DNA from: Pavona decussata
Taxonomy: Eukaryota
DNA length: 64,000 nucleotides
Direction of reading: 5' to 3'
Assembly: GCA_977016875.1 (NCBI GenBank)
Contig: CDRNST010000034.1
Coordinates: 868,001-932,000 of the forward strand
Within the stretch, counting starts at the first letter, position 1. Each line of letters starts with the position of its first letter. A program made the position numbers and the translations under genes. The notes beneath the pieces were generated by a model that worked only from the letters and a program-made list of their open reading frames with translations, was not told the DNA's origin and searched no databases. Shown here one piece after another: positions 60,851 through 64,000 of this stretch.

Positions 60851-63234
60851 TAAGTTTCAAAATAGGTCTGTGATGGTTGTTTTTGTCAGATCAATAGAGA
60901 GGGAATAAGTCCTACTCGGTAGTATTGCAGCTTAATATTAAAACATGAGGGCCAGAGATAGACACACAGAAAATGAGGAATGAACTGAGGGCCAAAAACC
61001 GCTACGGTCCCTAAGTGATCAATTAAATAATCAAACAACCGTCATACGGATGTCAGCCCAAATGAACAAACCACAGGACCAAAAGTCAACCCAGCCCTAT
61101 AACCGAAAGTCCAGCTCAAGACAACATTTACATGGTTGAAAACTTATTATTTGAGATTTTTACCTATTTATTATATTTATAATAACAGTTTCCTTATTTG
61201 GTTTCAAGATCTATAATTTTCCTATGCAATATTAATTTTTAACAATTGCTTTTGATTGATGGCGAATTCCATAGTAATACCCATTAGCACTGCTGAGTTG
61301 CTTTTAAAGGGACTTTTTTTAAAAAAAATTATTGTTGATTGATTTTCTAACTTTTATTTTTTAAGCGACAGCCCATGCAGAAAGTGGAAATATTTTTATA
61401 CTACGGTAGTAAAACTGGTGTAGATAGCCTCATGGAAAAAGTTATTTCTGTATAATACAAAACTAGCTCTGGTCTTTTCAAAAGTTTCGATTTATTTTCT
61501 GAAATAATTTTTGAAATGACAGTAATGAAACTTACAACTTTGCATATAAGCGGTCAATTTCTCGTATTGTCTTGTTTAATGATTTAGCAACCAAAATCTG
61601 TTGAGCAGACAACTGCTTCGCCTTAATGAGTTTCTTCTGCAGTACTTTGCGTTCTTGTTCCTGTTTTTCTTTCTTTTTTTGTTTTTTTCTTTTCTTTTTT
61701 TCAGCACTGGACAATCCTTCTCTTTTTCTCTCCAATTTTCTTTTCTTTCTTTCTGAGGTTTCAATTTTTTTCAATCTAAAATGCGCGGGGAAATTACAAA
61801 AGCATTGGTCGAGTTTTAATAATAGCCTGTGGATAAAAGCTTCATTTAAAAGTGGCAGACAATACATCTCTATATTAGACCTTATATAAGAAATTAAATT
61901 ACATAAACAGCTGTTTGTGAGCTCACAATAAATTAATACTTAAATGTTCAAAGGGTTGGAGATGCAAACCTCTTCTCTTCAGGAGTCCTGAAGGCTTGCA
62001 TGGTTAATTGGCCGCTAGAGAGGGGTGGGTGAAAATTCTGTTAAAAAACCGAGTTGGGACTGAGTAGGAATCCGATGCTGCAAATGTGCAAGCTGGCCAA
62101 AAAACCTACACGTTTCAAACCATTTGGCACCAACTGGCTGGACCCTACGTGCACTCTACCCTACAAAGATTGAAGTATCCTATCTTCTTACGTGAAAAAT
62201 TAATTAATTTTACAACTGACCAGGCTCTTCTTCAGGAAAACTCCTGATTCCTCCAGGCGCGTCGCAATATCAACTAACAGCTCGTCTGATTCGTTCCCGG
62301 ACTGGATGCAACAAATGAACGGCCGGTGAGTCCATAATATTGGTGAGAATTATTATAAAGGTGAATGTGGGATAAACGGTTGCTAAAAAACTAACCATTT
62401 TCTGCTAAAAACGAACACTCAAAACAACACGGCAGGAACAAAGTCACACGTTTTTCTCCATTTTACTGATCGACTGCTTCATTCACGAAGATAAAGGTAA
62501 AGTTTGATTTGGACTACTTTTTCCTGCGACATCAAAATGGTATGGAAATTTGTTGCACATGTTTCGTAGGCTAATTGACCAGAATAAATATATTATTTTA
62601 GAGCAGAATGGGGAAGAAATCTGGGATCGGAAAACATTGAATGGCTGTCTTCAGTCAGTCTGATTAGTTTTAGGGACCAATATGTGATGTTTGGTAACAT
62701 TCTCGGGCTCCAGATGTCAAGTGTTTGTGAATCGGTTCTGATCTCATAATTCGTGATGTGAATAGCGAGCTGCAACTATCGCACGCATATTCAATCTTCC
62801 TTGAGTGCAAAAGAGTTTGAATCAGAGTTTGGAACTTAAAACAAATGAAGTTCTTTTCTTCGTCTTTCGAGAAATGAAATTTAATTTGGAGAAAATCACA
62901 TACCAGAAACACTTTTATTTAAATGAAAATAGGCATTAGTTTCCAGGCCATTTTGAGTAGCGTACACAAATCTGCATGCCTTAGAAAGCAGCCAGCGAGT
63001 TTGGAATGTTTACACTGTGAACGAGGCTTCATCCTTTGACCTAACTTTTTGCGGTTTTTATCGGCCTGTGACCGCACCTAGGCTGCAATTTCAAACTCTT
63101 GCAATTTTCTCAAAAAATAAAAAACCTTGGAACTTTAAAATATGATTTTCGAAAATAGTTAATCCAAGGGTATCTTCAGCTGAAATATAAGAAAGTTGAC
63201 GAAGTGGTCGCTGAAATGCAGTTCTCGATTCTTA

Positions 63235-64000
63235 CAGGCAGCCGCTCTTAAATTTCTCCTGCTCAGACTGAGAAATCCACTCGCATACATAAATAAATTT
63301 TGTTCTTCCGTTTATTTAAACAAATTGCTTAGTTTCATAAAGCACTATCATGCGAAAAAGAGATGCATGTAGATTTCTACATGCAAAATGATTTTAAACG
63401 CCCATGAGGAATATTGTATTTAAAAACCTCTATGTTGCACTGTTATATTTGAATAGATTTTACCAAAACGCTGGCAAGCTTTGTTTGATATTGTTTATCA
63501 TGACGTCAAAAGTGCAAATTTTCATGATGTCCTCAAAATAATAATCCAGGCTGAAAACGCTTTTTGGGTAGCTGTTGTTCACAACATCTTGAAATGCAGA
63601 TGAACCTCAAGTAATTTTAGTCCTTTAAAGTGAAGAGCTTCTAACCTCAATTAGAACAAGTAAACAAAATGTCATTGCACAGCCATAGAAATACCAAACA
63701 GGAATACTAAAATTAATGACAGTTTGGCTTTTGTAAATATATCAAGTGTTTTGAGAATGCATGTGTACCAACCTGAGAAATGTAGTAACAACTTCAATTG
63801 TATCTTTTGCGGGGGGATTTTTCTCCAAGTACTGGACGAAAATTGCTTCTTTCTCTGAAACTGAAGCATCCTCAGAGCCAGAACACTGAAGAAATTGACA
63901 CCAGATATCTTCTCCTCTAATCTTTTACTGAGTTCCTCTCCGATGTAGTATATGAAATTGGTGCCACTCTGTCTATTCCTATATGCTGTCCCAATGTCAG
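63235..64000 (-). mobile_element. Copy 2 of the deleted ZNF862-like hAT, running off the window
   Basis: Colinear with 32633-33400; begins CAGGCAG at 63235, a plausible hAT terminus absent from copy 1. Confidence 0.8.

Noticed and set aside
61532-61889. Lys/Glu-rich and Phe-rich ORFs
   Set aside because: Low-complexity purine/pyrimidine tract; no domain recognised, though it may be a TE ORF remnant

Overview
AT-rich eukaryotic DNA made almost entirely of decayed and nested transposable elements; no intact host gene is recognisable. The repeat families (tRNA-derived SINE, GIY-YIG Penelope, Academ, Sola2, EnSpm, short palindromic MITEs) resemble those of cnidarians, probably a stony coral (inference). 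Left to right: L2/CR1 3' stub; a multi-gene EnSpm/CACTA relic (zinc-finger transposase plus Ulp1-protease-like and SAMD3-like spliced genes); an integrase-like/kinase relic; a second EnSpm; a TIR-bounded pogo element carrying a divergent HIRAN-domain ORF; hAT, Harbinger, Tc1 and piggyBac derivatives; a Penelope fragment with a hammerhead-like motif; a near-intact 4.2-kb hAT with a perfect 8-bp TSD; an Academ relic; an intronless F-box/LRR gene; a four-deep nest (MITE > piggyBac > LINE > Kolobok); Harbinger; an unclassified P-like transposase with an apparent beta-propeller insertion; a Tx1 LINE with an 18-bp TSD; and a Sola2 transposase holding another four-deep nest. The best candidates for undescribed biology are the transposon cargo genes (HIRAN, Ulp1, F-box/LRR, kinase) and the P-like/beta-propeller transposase. 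All protein family calls come from motif recognition by eye; no searches were run.
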